A stretch of DNA of 35,324 nucleotides, from assembly GCF_001194135.2 (NCBI RefSeq), contig NC_068985.1, positions 49,331,422-49,366,745 of the forward strand. The letters are read 5' to 3'. The translations under genes were made by a program, and so were the position numbers. Origin of the DNA: Octopus bimaculoides. Its lineage: Eukaryota. Below the pieces are notes generated by a model. It was not told where the DNA came from and did no database searches. It was given only the letters and a program-made list of their open reading frames with translations. Positions 11,641 through 22,932 of this stretch are shown in pieces (positions within the stretch are counted from its first letter, which is position 1; every line of letters begins with the position of its first letter).

Positions 11641-12500
11641 CTTAATCTCAAGTTAGCAATGATCCAGCAGGCCCATGATCAAAGAGGTTTCACTGTATCT
11701 GCAACATTATTTATCTTTTTTATACTTTTTTTTATCTTTCAGTCATGAAGGAAGGCAATGCCTGTGGCCCCTTTACAGAGCCCCCATCCCACCCCCGAAC
11801 TAGTAGGAAGGAGGAAGGTATCCTTAAACTGGAGACCTATCCCAAATGTTTGCAGTAAAGCAGACACTACCAAAGACACCCAGGGTGCCATGTGACAGAT
11901 AAAGTCTATCACCCAAGAAGGCCATGGTGGGAATTGAACTCCGAACACAACTCTTACAATACTACAAGGCATTCTACCCTCACTGATGCTCTAACATTTT
12001 TGTTAATCCACTACCTGGAACTGGTACTTTATTTTCGCATGTTATTCATGATGATGATAATGATGATGTCCTACATTCTTGAAGGTTGTGATATGAGGGA
12101 AATTTGGTTTCTATTTCTAACAGGTTGAGCAAGGCATTTAAAGGCTCCATAATTTGCTGAGTTGTTCTTGTTTTTTGTTGCAGTAGCAACAGTAGTGGTG
12201 GTGTTGGTGATGGTGATTGTCATGGTTGTGATGGTGGTGGTGATTGTAGTGATGGTAGTAGTGGCGGTAGTAATGACAGCAGCAGTACACTTCTTAATAT
12301 TAGTCTTGTCACACTGTAAACCAGAAGAACAACCAATTAATTGTAGTTAACTGTTCTTTGTAAAGACCACAAACTCCTTAACAAGGGTTGAAAATATAGT
12401 ATTACATTGTACTTCTTCACTCTCCTGTCTTGTCTGCTTGCTAAGCCATAGTAATCCAATTACTGAACAATTGAAAACTATTTGTAGTCGTCAATTGCAC

Positions 12501-12781
12501 CTTTTACTCTCTTTTACTCTTTTACTTGTTTCAGTCATTTTGACTGTGGCCATGCTGGAGCACCGCCTTTAGTCGAGCAAATCGACCCCAGGACTTATTC
12601 CTTGTAATCCTAGTATTTATTCTATCAGTCTCTTTTGCCGAACCGCTAAGTTACGAGGACGTAAACACACCAACATCGGTTGTCAAGCGATGTTGGGAGG
12701 GACAAACACAGACACACAAACATACACACACACATACATACATACATGTGTGTGTGTATGTATATATATATATATATATAC
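12501..12781 (-). mobile_element. 3' half of SINE family C with (AAAAGAGT)n tail and internal (TG/TA)n microsatellite, running into a gap
   Basis: Tail (cttttact)x3 at 12501-12525; body aligns with 33020-33135 and 34965-35165; CpG-rich, so relatively young. Confidence 0.85.
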
Positions 12782-13292
12782 NNNNNNNNNNNNNNNNNNN
12801 NNNNNNNNNNNNNNNNNNNNNNNNNNNNNNNNNNNNNNNNNNNNNNNNNNNNNNNNNNNNNNNNNNNNNNNNNNNNNNNNNNNNNNNNNNNNNNNNNNNN
12901 NNNNNNNNNNNNNNNNNNNNNNNNNNNNNNNNNNNNNNNNNNNNNNNNNNNNNNNNNNNNNNNNNNNNNNNNNNNNNNNNNNNNNNNNNNNNNNNNNNNN
13001 NNNNNNNNNNNNNNNNNNNNNNNNNNNNNNNNNNNNNNNNNNNNNNNNNNNNNNNNNNNNNNNNNNNNNNNNNNNNNNNNNNNNNNNNNNNNNNNNNNNN
13101 NNNNNNNNNNNNNNNNNNNNNNNNNNNNNNNNNNNNNNNNNNNNNNNNNNNNNNNNNNNNNNNNNNNNNNNNNNNNNNNNNNNNNNNNNNNNNNNNNNNN
13201 NNNNNNNNNNNNNNNNNNNNNNNNNNNNNNNNNNNNNNNNNNNNNNNNNNNNNNNNNNNNNNNNNNNNNNNNNNNNNNNNNNNNNNNNNNNN

Positions 13293-13360
13293 CATAGCAA
13301 TGGGCGAAATACCACTAAGTATTTCGTCCAACGTGCTAACAATTCTGCCAGCTCACCATC
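13293..13360 (-). mobile_element. 5' head of SINE family D (rest in gap)
   Basis: gcgaaataccactaagtatttcgtccaacgtgctaacaattctgccagctcacc aligns with 14300-14360. Confidence 0.75.
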
Positions 13361-13365
13361 TTTAC

Positions 13366-13561
13366 AATAATAATAATAATCTTTACTACTCTAGGTACAT
13401 TTTGGAGGAGGGCGGGGGCAATCGATTAGACTCCAGTATGCAACTGGTACTTAATTTATCGACCCTGAAAGGATGGAAGGCAAAGTCAACCTTGGTAGAA
13501 TTTGAACTCAAGAGTGTAAAGACAGACAAAATGCTGCTAAGCATTTTGTCCAGCATGCTAC
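13366..13561 (-). mobile_element. SINE family D copy lacking its 5'-most ~25 bp
   Basis: Minus B box gagttcaaattc; central gactttgccttccatcctttcagggtcgataaattaagtaccag; (ATT)n tail; aligns with 14146-14360. Confidence 0.85.
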
Positions 13562-14145
13562 CAAGCCTTGGTGCAGTACCAGGCAGTGGCTCTCATGGCT
13601 TCTGGTCTTAACTGATTGGAAGTGTTATCATGTACGTGTTTTGTTTTGGTATAAAAGACGGGCTACATCAAATATTCTGCTCAATACCACAGATTTGCTT
13701 GTCAGTTGCTTGACCATGACCAGTTAAGCATGTCCCTTAGTGGATGATGAAATGTGCATCTCTGATCATGTGCAAAAGTAGTGGGGGAGAAATCATAGCC
13801 ATGTGTTCTGAGGGATTCTTTAGGGTTTGAATAATTAACCCTTAGAAACATAGGTATTTCGTTCATCGTCCTTAAACAAACCTTATTCAGGAACCTTTTG
13901 AGTGAGATAGGCTGCTTGACCTAAAGAAAATTCTAGCTAGGCTCCCACCTGCAAGGTCATGTGCTGTTTATCTTGATATGAGGTTACCATGTTGTGCACA
14001 TATGGTTGTGATGCATGTGCCTAATTTACTCTTATTAGATAGGTAGTCATGACGGTTATATTGGGTTTCATATATTTGTACCCCAGCATCACTTTGATGG
14101 CATGTGCTGCTTTCTCACTCAATAATGATAATAATAATAATAATA
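13562..14145 (+). mobile_element. Unclassified ~580-bp element ending in an (AAT)n tail, probably a LINE 3' region
   Basis: Higher-GC block abruptly replacing the head of a SINE and ending ctctcactcaataatgataataataa. No ORF and no second copy in the window, so the class is inferred. Confidence 0.45.
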
Positions 14146-14360
14146 ATCGTTTCTACTAAAGGCACAAGGCCTGAAATTTGAGGGAGGGGACTAGCCGATT
14201 ACATCGATCCCAGTGTTTCACTGGTACTTAATTCATCAACCCTGAAAGGATGAAAAGCAAAGTCAACCTCAGCAGGATCTGAACTCAGTACGTAAAGATG
14301 GGTGAAATATTGCAAAGCATTTCGTCCAGCATGCTAACGATTCTGCCAGCTCACCGCCTT
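14146..14360 (-). mobile_element. Full-length tRNA-derived SINE family D
   Basis: Minus strand A-box-like TGGCAGAATCG and B-box-like GAGTTCAGATCC, central ctttgcttttcatcctttcagggttgatgaattaagtacca, flanked by (AAT)n. Confidence 0.88.
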
Positions 14361-14527
14361 AATGATAATAATAATAATAATAATATGATTAACAATAATG
14401 ATTTCCTTTCTTTGCCACAGGATGTCCGATGAGGGAAACATTTACAAGGATAGTTTATAATTTGTGTGAAGAAAAGAGAGCATAAAAAGAGAAATGTGTA
14501 CAAAGTATTGGAAAACATGTATGAAGC

Positions 14528-14611
14528 ACATTATTTACATTATTTACATTTGACGGATATTTGTCCACATCTTGACAAATATCCGTCAAATGTAAATAAT
14601 GTAAATAATGT
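14528..14611. repeat. Perfect 38-bp inverted repeat with 8-nt loop
   Basis: acattatttacattatttacatttgacggatatttgtc (14528-14565) is the exact reverse complement of 14574-14611. Confidence 0.97.
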
Positions 14612-14987
14612 ACATAATTCTTCATTTCTTGAGTATAGAAATGTATGATGCAGTCTTCCTGACACAAGAGGTCTCCAACAAAGGCCAATCAAGGACCCCC
14701 ATCCACCATAAACTAAGGATCACCCTGACTAATAAGGGCATAAGCCTTCACCTAAGCTGTTGTTCTCCACATAGTTGTAGTAATTTCTAACATAGGCACA
14801 AAGCAGAAAATTATTTGTTGGGAGGGGAATAATTGATTATATGGATCCCCACTACTTGAACAACAGTAAGAACCACCAAACCAAAGTTCTGCATATTTGC
14901 AAAAGCGTAAAACTGCACCCAGTAGTGCAGTGAAATTACGCAATAGAAATAACATTATTGAAATGATGGTGATGATGATAATGATGG

Positions 14988-15021
<34 letters not shown>

Positions 15022-15946
15022 GGTGGTGGTGGTGGTGGTGATGGTGATGATGATATAAAAATGTTTACTACTACCACTACCACCAATTCTCCTTCAAAAT
15101 GAAGATATCTTGAGANNNNNNNNNNNNNNNNNNNNNNNNNNNNNNNNNNNNNNNNNNNNNNNNNNNNNNNNNNNNNNNNNNNNNNNNNNNNNNNNNNNNN
15201 NNNNNNNNNNNNNNNNNNNNNNNNNNNNNNNNNNNNNNNNNNNNNNNNNNNNNNNNNNNNNNNNNNNNNNNNNNNNNNNNNNNNNNNNNNNNNNNNNNNN
15301 NNNNNNNNNNNNNNNNNNNNNNNNNNNNNNNNNNNNNNNNNNNNNNNNNNNNNNNNNNNNNNNNNNNNNNNNNNNNNNNNNNNNNNNNNNNNNNNNNNNN
15401 NNNNNNNNNNNNNNNNNNNNNNNNNNNNNNNNNNNNNNNNNNNNNNNNNNNNNNNNNNNNNNNNNNNNNNNNNNNNNNNNNNNNNNNNNNNNNNNNNNNN
15501 NNNNNNNNNNNNNNNNNNNNNNNNNNNNNNNNNNNNNNNNNNNNNNNNNNNNNNNNNNNNNNNNNNNNNNNNNNNNNNNNNNNNNNNNNNNNNNNNNNNN
15601 NNNNNNNNNNNNNNNNNNNNNNNNNNNNNNNNNNNNNNNNNNNNNNNNNNNNNNNNNNNNNNNNNNNNNNNNNNNNNNNNNNNNNNNNNNNNNNNNNNNN
15701 NNNNNNNNNNNNNNNNNNNNNNNNNNNNNNNNNNNNNNNNNNNNNNNNNNNNNNNNNNNNNNNNNNNNNNNNNNNNNNNNNNNNNNNNNNNNNNNNNNNN
15801 NNNNNNNNNNNNNNNNNNNNNNNNNNNNNNNNNNNNNNNNNNNNNNNNNNNNNNNNNNNNNNNNNNNNNNNNNNNNNNNNNNNNNNNNNNNNNNNNNNNN
15901 NNNNNNNNNNNNNNNNNNNNNNNNNNNNNNNNNNNNNNNNNNNNNN

Positions 15947-16252
15947 GTGAGTGTTTATTGAGCGAAAACACCTAAAGCTCCACAAGGCTCCGGCAGGGGA
16001 TGGTGGCGAACCCTGCTGTACTCTTCCACCACAACTTTCTCTCACTCTTACTTCCTGTTTCTGTTGTGCCTGTAATTCAAAGGGTCAGCCTTGTCACACT
16101 GTGTCACGCTGAATATCCCCGAGAACTACGTTAAGGGTACACGTGTCTGTGGAGTGCTCAGCCACTTGCACGTTAATTTCACGAGCAGGCTGTTCCGTTG
16201 ATCAGATCAACTGTAACGCTCAACGTCGTAAGCGATGGAGTGCCAACAACAA
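15947..16252 (+). mobile_element. tRNA-derived SINE, core type B with tail Y (5' end in gap), (CAA)n tail
   Basis: Near-identical to 28237-28538, 27052-27341 and the reverse complement of 31429-31816. Confidence 0.9.
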
Positions 16253-16399
16253 TACATGTTGGTGGTGGAAATGTTTAACTCCAGGTCTTGATCTAATAAA
16301 CTTAATAATCAAATGTGTTGTAATTATGACTATCCGATTTTATTTATCTATTTTTTTTTTCAAGTGGTTTATCAAGTGCTACATTACCAAATGTTTCCT

Positions 16400-16690
16400 T
16401 CCACATTTTATTTTTGAGAAGTGTGATTTAGAGGCGATTTAGCTGCTATTTCTAATAATTCTGGCAATAGTAAAGTTGTTTTCTCATTGGGTTGTGAAAA
16501 TATAGTTGTTTTTTTTCTTGTTTAGCCTTGGGTCATCTTTGATCAAGCACATTTATAATTCAAAGCGTTCCATTTATGGCCATCCCATACTTTTAAGAGT
16601 ATCTAAGATTGCATTGCCCAATGTGTTTTTCTTTGTTTAAGACAGTGCTACATTTGACCTGAGACAGATATGACCACTATTTTCTAGTAG
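16400..16690 (+). repeat. Old unclassified dispersed repeat (family E)
   Basis: Motifs gattt(a/g)gctgctatttcta and ctatga.caaag..ttcca.ccatg.ccatcc recur, heavily diverged, at 238-420, 1935-1965, 11640-11700, 20110-20185, 25380-25650 and 34030-34100. Confidence 0.45.
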
Positions 16691-17254
16691 GGAATGAAAA
16701 GGTTCAGAAGGAAAATACACTCAACTAAGATATCAATGAAGAAAGAGAAGCTCACGAATAGAACAACATTGGAGAAAACCTTAGAGTGTGTAGGGTGTAA
16801 CTAAGTGGATCACAATATGTATAACTAACATCATTGTAAAGATACATCACAGTTATAGATAAATAGTCAGGTAGACTTAGTGAACAACAGGGAAGTCATC
16901 TTCAGGTATATTGGTGCTGATTAGTTAGGGTTTCAATCTTGTGTAAGTAACGTATGGTATTAGACAGCTTACAAGACATATGAGCTTATATGATGTATTT
17001 CAATTTTGACAGATCCTTTCCTGAACCACCTCTTGCCAGTAATCCAATTTTTTATCTTGTATTTATAAGACATAGATTGATGTTCTGGAGCATTTGGAGA
17101 TGGGGAGATTGGTGCAAATTGTGGGTTGTATAAGCCATGAAATATGTTAATCATAGAGATATACAATAATTATATAATTTGACGTCCATTTTCCATGCTG
17201 AGAATGTGTTGAAGAATTTGACACCATTCAATAGTCCCAAGAATTATACTAGGC

Positions 17255-17350
17255 TTACTGGTATCTCTGGCATGGTTTCTGTGGTGAGATGCCCTTCATA
17301 ATGCCAAACACTTTACAATATGTACTGGGTGCTCTTTTGTGCCCCCAGTA
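17255..17350 (-). mobile_element. Highly diverged RTE 3' UTR fragment
   Basis: ggtttctgtggtgagatgcccttcataatgccaaacactttac..gggtgctcttttgtgcccc resembles 19250-19330. Confidence 0.55.
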
Positions 17351-17858
17351 CAAGTGAGGTTGCCTTGCATCTTCCAAGACAACAAACCCTGAGAGAGGCA
17401 ACTTTATACTAGGAGTTGAGGGGTTAAAGTTTGAGAGAGGAAACCAGAGCAGAACAGGTTTTATGTGGTAGAGGGGCTTTATGATTACTCTCATTTTAGA
17501 AGAAAGGAGGAATGGGTGATCAGGGTAGAGCAGGGAAGAGATGAAATAGTGGTGCTGAGGTGTCCATGTGAACCCTCAAGGTATGAAGTGAGTAGAAGTG
17601 AAAGGGGGAAGAAGAACTAGGAGTGTGAATGGGTAGTGGTTGAATGGGAGATGAGTGGGTGAGGAGGAAAATATAATGAATGAAGAACAAGTGTGCGTGT
17701 GTGTGTGAAGGGGTGGATGATAAGTGGTAGAAGTTGGTGGCACCTGTAAAATTGGAAAAGGTTGAGGGGTGGATGTAATGAGTAGTGGATAAGAGAGGGT
17801 ATGACCAGTGATGCATAGGGGTGAAGAGTAGTAAGACAGTAATGATAATGATGTAGAT

Positions 17859-18119
17859 CAGTTGTTCTCAACTGGGGTCCATATGGCCCTTAGTGGTTCA
17901 TATAAGATTTTGTTGTTAAAATGTGTACATGCAATAAATAGGTTAGGCTTCTACAATACACAAAATAATTTAACAATTTTTGTTATTCAATTCCTCATAA
18001 TATTGTATTATAAAAATACCATAGGATTTTTCTAAATGTTAAAAGGTTATAAGGGTCCACCTGAGTAAAATAGCAATCAAAGGGGTCCATTGATTTTTTA
18101 AAATGGTTGAGAACCACTG
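17859..18119. mobile_element. hAT (Charlie/MER5-type) MITE, 261 bp
   Basis: TIRs CAGTTGTTCTCAAC and GTTGAGAACCACTG; 8-bp TSD ATGTAGAT (17851-17858) and ATGTAGAC (18120-18127), matching the Charlie nTnTAGAn preference. Confidence 0.9.
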
Positions 18120-18134
18120 ATGTAGACAGAGAAA

Positions 18135-18169
18135 GGAAGAGAGAGGGGGGGAAGAGAGAGAGGGGGAGG

Positions 18170-18215
<46 letters not shown>

Positions 18216-18240
18216 GACAGACAGACAGAGACAGACAGAC

Positions 18241-18297
<57 letters not shown>
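18135..18297. repeat. (GA)n/(GACA)n microsatellite
   Basis: Direct reading. Confidence 0.96.
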
Positions 18298-18299
<2 letters not shown>

Positions 18300-19126
18300 T
18301 AGTAAGTATGAGCCTTATTATTTGAAGGCAAAGTTGACTTTATCAGGATTTGAAATCGGAACAGAGAAATGGAATAAATTACATTAAAGCATTCTGTTTG
18401 ACACTTCGATAATTCTAATGAAGTTAGCTTACTGTTTCTTACATATGTGGTGTTAATAGTAGAGAGGGTAATAATAACAGTACTCTTGAGGGTATGCTGG
18501 CCAACTCAGTTAAATTTTGTTATAAATAGCAGAAATACTGTATTGAATCTGTCTTCAGAAATGAAGTTTATAATAAACTTGGAAAATTAAAAATAATATC
18601 ACAAAAATGGAAATGAATTCTGACAGTTTCTGCCAGCTTTGAATATTGGAATTGCACAAAAAAAGTAAAAACATTTTCTATTTCTGGATCAATATATTCA
18701 GTGTAAATTGTCCTACATAGCTGGAATTCTGAAGAGGAAAAAAACTTGATCTTCTGTCATTGATGAGAATGAAGCTAAATTACTATTCATCAAGAATTTT
18801 AAAAACTTATTTGCATTATTGGATTGATTTGGGGGTTTTACTTTTCTTTCTTTTTTTTTTTTTGGTGAGTTTCCAGATTTTCACATATTTTTAAAAACAA
18901 AAGAAACTATAGAAAGTGTTGAAATCTAAATATTTATATCTAGCTTGCATATATATTTTTTGTATAATAAAGGCTGTACTTAATTACTGGTAACATGTGA
19001 GGAGTTAAGTGATTTCACTTACAACACAAGTGATGAAAATGAATTAAAAAAAACAATTTGGATACTAATATTGTAGACAGATTACTGGTCAAGGTTAATA
19101 TAGCCCTTGAAATATATATATATATA

Positions 19127-19445
19127 TCATCATCATCATCATCATCATCATCGTCGTTTAACGTCCGCTTTCCATGCTAGCATGGGTTGGACGATTAGAC
19201 TGAGGACTGGTGAAACCAGATGGCTACACCAGGTTCCAATCTAATTTGGCAGAGTTTCTACAGCTGGATGGCCTTCCTAACGCCAACCACTCCAAGAGTG
19301 TAGTGGGTGCTTTTATGTGCCACCAGCACGAAGGCCAGTCAGGCGGTACTGGCAGTGGCCACGCTCAAAATGGTGTATTTTACGTGCCACCTGCGCAGGA
19401 GCCAGTCCAGCGGCACTGGCAACGATCTCGCTCGAATGACTTTTC
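19127..19445 (-). mobile_element. Young RTE-LINE 3' UTR/tail copy, continuing into a gap
   Basis: (CAT)n then gtttaacgtccgctttccatgctagcatgggttggacg is the reverse complement of 9100-9140; CpGs retained. Confidence 0.88.
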
Positions 19446-19922
19446 NNNNNNNNNNNNNNNNNNNNNNNNNNNNNNNNNNNNNNNNNNNNNNNNNNNNNNN
19501 NNNNNNNNNNNNNNNNNNNNNNNNNNNNNNNNNNNNNNNNNNNNNNNNNNNNNNNNNNNNNNNNNNNNNNNNNNNNNNNNNNNNNNNNNNNNNNNNNNNN
19601 NNNNNNNNNNNNNNNNNNNNNNNNNNNNNNNNNNNNNNNNNNNNNNNNNNNNNNNNNNNNNNNNNNNNNNNNNNNNNNNNNNNNNNNNNNNNNNNNNNNN
19701 NNNNNNNNNNNNNNNNNNNNNNNNNNNNNNNNNNNNNNNNNNNNNNNNNNNNNNNNNNNNNNNNNNNNNNNNNNNNNNNNNNNNNNNNNNNNNNNNNNNN
19801 NNNNNNNNNNNNNNNNNNNNNNNNNNNNNNNNNNNNNNNNNNNNNNNNNNNNNNNNNNNNNNNNNNNNNNNNNNNNNNNNNNNNNNNNNNNNNNNNNNNN
19901 NNNNNNNNNNNNNNNNNNNNNN

Positions 19923-19956
<34 letters not shown>

Positions 19957-19958
<2 letters not shown>

Positions 19959-20095
19959 CAGGCTTCTTTCACCCACAAGGATTTGGTCTGCCCAGGGCTA
20001 TAGTAAAAGACACTTGCCCAAGGTGCCATGCAGTAGGATTCAATCCAGAACCAAGAGGCTAGGAAGCAGACTTCTTACCCCATAGCCATGCTTGC
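19957..20095 (-). mobile_element. 5' part of SINE family C (internally deleted), adjoining its (TG)n
   Basis: Minus strand gcatggctatggggtaagaagtctgcttcc..ggttctggattgaatcctactgcatggcaccttgggcaagtgtctt. Confidence 0.8.
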
Positions 20096-20294
20096 ATCTC
20101 TATCTAAAAAGATTGGATGGGCATGGCAGGAACACCTTTGTTCATAGGATAACTTGGTTAGGATTGACTTGAGGTTAAACAACAATACTAATATCAACAG
20201 AATAAAGAAGCTAAAATCGCCCTAAATGAGGTCAAGTCTAATTTAGTGGATGAATAGAATGTAAACACAAAATAATCAACATCAATTAGCCTAA

Positions 20295-20320
20295 TCTATA
20301 TATATAAAAATGAGAATGTG

Positions 20321-20371
<51 letters not shown>

Positions 20372-21461
20372 GTGAATCCCTAAAACTCGAGAACTACGCA
20401 ACCAATTTCATTCAAATTTTACAGATGCCTTACTTAGGGTTCCAGTTGTGTTTTAGTCAACTAACTGAAACAATCACATTTCGATACTGTAATGACAGAT
20501 ACTTTCAGAGAAAGAGAGAAAGAGAGAGAAAGAGATGTATATGTACACGTATATGCATAGATATATATATATATAGATATAGATCTATATGCATACATGT
20601 ATATGTATACACATGTGTAGATGTATATATATATAGATGTACNNNNNNNNNNNNNNNNNNNNNNNNNNNNNNNNNNNNNNNNNNNNNNNNNNNNNNNNNN
20701 NNNNNNNNNNNNNNNNNNNNNNNNNNNNNNNNNNNNNNNNNNNNNNNNNNNNNNNNNNNNNNNNNNNNNNNNNNNNNNNNNNNNNNNNNNNNNNNNNNNN
20801 NNNNNNNNNNNNNNNNNNNNNNNNNNNNNNNNNNNNNNNNNNNNNNNNNNNNNNNNNNNNNNNNNNNNNNNNNNNNNNNNNNNNNNNNNNNNNNNNNNNN
20901 NNNNNNNNNNNNNNNNNNNNNNNNNNNNNNNNNNNNNNNNNNNNNNNNNNNNNNNNNNNNNNNNNNNNNNNNNNNNNNNNNNNNNNNNNNNNNNNNNNNN
21001 NNNNNNNNNNNNNNNNNNNNNNNNNNNNNNNNNNNNNNNNNNNNNNNNNNNNNNNNNNNNNNNNNNNNNNNNNNNNNNNNNNNNNNNNNTTCAGATATAC
21101 TTACATTGTGATTTCTGCAATGTGGTGCATAAATTGTCAAGTAAATGAGACGCATCTTTACCTCCACTGATTCACTTGCAAAGTGTTGAGTAAAATTATT
21201 TCGTTGCAGACCTCCTTTGGGTCTTTTTATTATCACTACGACACACATAGTCCCCAGTTGGTAACATTGATTTCAAGGCCCTCCTAGATGAGAGACTGGC
21301 ATTCCACTTAATGTCTATGTTCCATGCTGGCATGGATTGGAGAGTTATTAATGTAGAAATATGGTATCGTAGCTACTAACAGTTGAGGGTTGCATAGTCT
21401 AGACGGCGTTTTTAGATTTCATTATTCTCTTAACCCGGGCAAAGCCGGGTATTTCTGCTAG
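20295..21461 (+). mobile_element. Non-autonomous Helitron
   Basis: 5' A|TCtatatatataaaaatgag followed by (GTCT)n and aaccaatttcattcaaatttt. 3' GC hairpin acccgg-gcaaag-ccgggt (21433-21450) 7 nt upstream of CTAG|T (21458-21462). A|T target, no TSD. About 450 bp of the interior is N. Confidence 0.72.
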
Positions 21462-22112
21462 TTATCTATATTTCCCTCTGCATTTCTTTTTGAACGTTAG
21501 AGTCCCTAATTATTTTCAATTACATTTCTGTAAATAATAACTTCTAATATAGGCACACTACCACAAATTGGGGTGGTGTGGGAGTAGTTAATAGTTAATT
21601 AAACCCCCCCCCCCCCGTTTCCCCCACGTACATATCTAGTATATTTATCAGCCTCTAAAGAATGAAAGGTAAAGCTAATCTTGGTACAGTCTGAACTCAG
21701 AACAAAGAGAGACTTAACAAAATACTACAAGACGTTTTGTCTTGTAGTATTCTGATACTCTCTTAATTCTGCTAATCTACAAATCTTAAATAAATGTGCA
21801 TAATTTTTAGACTAGAACTGAATACATGAATATATATTTGTTTCCACAAGGTTCAACATTTTTATTCACAATAAGAGCACAAACTGGAAGGACAGAATGG
21901 ATTGTAAGATATTTAAATAAAAAATATATATATATGTAACTTAGGACAAGAGACATTAGCCACTCTATTTGACATGGTTGATTGAATTTTCATAAAGTGT
22001 AAGGCATGGTAGGAGAGAGATAAAGATAAATCAAAGATGACTCATATTAATTAGACATTAAAAAGTTCAGTCTCATAGTGGAAATGACACAGGATCAGAG
22101 GACACCATACCA

Positions 22113-22202
22113 TTTCATAAATCATCCGTTTCTTTCTAAATACACACACGTCCGTGTGTGTATGTGTGTGCATTTAGATAGAAAGACGGATGATTTATAA
22201 AA
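22113..22202. repeat. Imperfect fold-back inverted repeat
   Basis: ataaatcatccgt (22117-22129) pairs perfectly with acggatgatttat (22186-22198); ttctttctaaat pairs with atttagatagaa; inner tacacacacg/cgtgtgtgta. Confidence 0.85.
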
Positions 22203-22716
22203 TATGGATTGATGACTAATATATCCACATATTCAAAAACAAACATGATTTTATTTGTGGATATGTGTAAGCACAAGTGGGTACAAAACTTTATAAGTAG
22301 CACCATATATGTATGTATGTATGTATGTGTCAAAACATCTGCATCCGGATCTGCAAATCCTGGACAGGCCTGAATTCCCACAGGAAACATCATGCCAAAT
22401 CATCAGACTTAGAACATTGTGCAGCAGTATCATACCGAACCCTCATTTATCAAAGCAATCAAAGAGTACAATACATATGTTTGTAGTTCTACTTTGCCAA
22501 GGACTTTTCAACCCACAAGTAAATGCATATAGTACACTCTATAAAGTGGTTAGTGAGAAGAAGGACAACCAGTCATAGATGCCAAGACAGAATACTGTGC
22601 ATGAACAATCTGAGAACAAGAGTCCCCAATAAGAAATGAATCAGACTATGACAACCTGTCCAACCCATGGTAAGATGGAATGGCAGACATAAAAGGATGA
22701 TGATGATATGTTGATA

Positions 22717-22894
22717 TAGGCAACGTTGTATAGTTGAGAAATTTGTTTTGCAGCAACATGGTTTGAGGCTTGATTCCATTGTGCAGCACCTTGGATAAGT
22801 GTGTTCTGCTATAAGCCTTGGGCTGACCTGCCTTGTGAATAAAATTTGATTAATGGGAACTGTATGGAAGCCTGTCATGTGTGTGTGTGTGTGT
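22717..22894 (+). mobile_element. 5' part of SINE family C (diverged) ending in (TG)n
   Basis: catggtttgaggcttgattccattgtgcagcaccttggataagtgtgttctgctataagccttgggctgacc aligns with 32840-32930. Confidence 0.78.
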
Positions 22895-22932
22895 GCATAA
22901 ACATGGCTATCACTTACAAGCAAGTATAACTT

